Source of the DNA: Schmidtea polychroa
Lineage: Eukaryota
Direction: 5' to 3'
DNA: 64,000 nucleotides
Assembly: GCA_044892525.1 (NCBI GenBank)
Contig: CM097887.1
Location: forward strand, 2,108,001-2,172,000
The notes beneath the pieces were generated by a model. That model saw only the letters and a list, made by a program, of their open reading frames with translations, did no database searches and was not told the origin of the DNA. The translations under genes were made by a program, and so were the position numbers. Shown here piece after piece: positions 63,297 to 64,000 of the stretch (position 1 is its first letter; every line of letters starts with the position of its first letter).

Positions 63297-63944
63297 TTAG
63301 CCATCTACTTTACGAAAATGTAATGTCAAATGAGTTTTAGAATCTTTCGGAAAGTTTATAAGTTTTCCACTATCGTCACGAATATTTATTTCTATATTGT
63401 TTATACATGAGCTTGAAATCGGTAAATACATAGGATTATCTATATTTATATTGACAACTTCATCATGTTTATATCTTCCAATCCACACAGATTTCAATAG
63501 AGGAACACTGGAATCACCGACAATGATGGGCTCAATAATATTAGTATATATAAACATTTGTTGATGATTTTCAAGTATTCTTGGTTTACGTATACCAGCC
63601 GATTTTTCCCGATATTGTTGCTTCTCTAATCTAAGAGTATTTGTCAAATTTTTATCAAATGTAACTTCGCAAATGTCATCATTCAAACTGAAGGTAAATA
63701 ACAAATCTTTCACAATGTCCAAACTTTTAAATATGTGTGAACAATTGTACTTTAAATATTTAAGTAATACATCAAGTTTATCAATATATAATTCGTCAGC
63801 AAAGGCGAATGATTCTTCAACTTCATTATTATACGATACTGATATTTTGATTTCTTCTTTCATTACACTGTTTGCTTCAAATAGATCAAAACGTAATAAG
63901 TATTCTGTTTCCATAACATCATTTTTCAACTTATTGCAACCCAA
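63297..63944 (-). CDS. Polinton minor capsid (penton-like) protein, 5'-incomplete
   Basis: C-terminal MFIYTNIIEPIIVGDSSVPLLKSV..NPMYLPI..IEINIRDDSGKLINF..LTLHFRK is the Polinton minor-capsid signature. Confidence 0.85.
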   Translation of the reverse strand: MGCNKLKNDVMETEYLLRFDLFEANSVMKEEIKISVSYNNEVEESFAFADELYIDKLDVLLKYLKYNCSHIFKSLDIVKDLLFTFSLNDDICEVTFDKNLTNTLRLEKQQYREKSAGIRKPRILENHQQMFIYTNIIEPIIVGDSSVPLLKSVWIGRYKHDEVVNINIDNPMYLPISSSCINNIEINIRDDSGKLINFPKDSKTHLTLHFRKVDG

Positions 63945-64000
63945 TAGTTTGGCATCTTCAATATATTCGAATATTATTGTAAATGTTTTAAAAAATCACA

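Larger units (their letters stand above)
56835..64000 (-). mobile_element. Decayed Polinton/Maverick (adintovirus-like) endogenous element, continuing past the window end
   Basis: Co-oriented minor capsid, small Gly-rich ORF, major capsid, adenain protease and protein-primed PolB. Integrase, packaging ATPase and TIRs are not seen in this window. Confidence 0.93.

Noticed and set aside
1-64000. rRNA or tRNA genes
   Set aside because: I saw no recognisable rRNA segments or cloverleaf with A/B boxes; a tRNAscan run would be needed to exclude them formally.

Overview
AT-rich eukaryotic (animal) genomic scaffold with eight N-gaps and many 40-57 nt GT-AG introns. A triclad flatworm is my best guess for the host; this is inference only. 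Host genes reconstructed by hand: a divergent TRAF (+, 7001-10511); DBR1 (+, 14485-16604) tail-to-tail with POC1 (-, 19669-16937); a synaptotagmin-14/16-like gene (-, ~39745-27354); and a probable 13-exon gene encoding ubiquitin-like domains fused to a C-terminal Ser/Thr kinase (+, 46284-54972), mostly invisible in the ORF track. The rest is transposon-derived: a near-complete hAT with TIRs and TSD, pogo/Tigger, piggyBac, Buster, MULE, Gypsy and Penelope relics, several MITEs and minisatellites. The right end (~56.8-64 kb) is a decayed Polinton/Maverick (adintovirus-like) element with minor capsid, small Gly-rich protein, major capsid, adenain protease and protein-primed PolB. Most notable: the protease, and probably PolB, of this element appear to get their start codons from short 5' exons separated by spliceosomal GT-AG introns.
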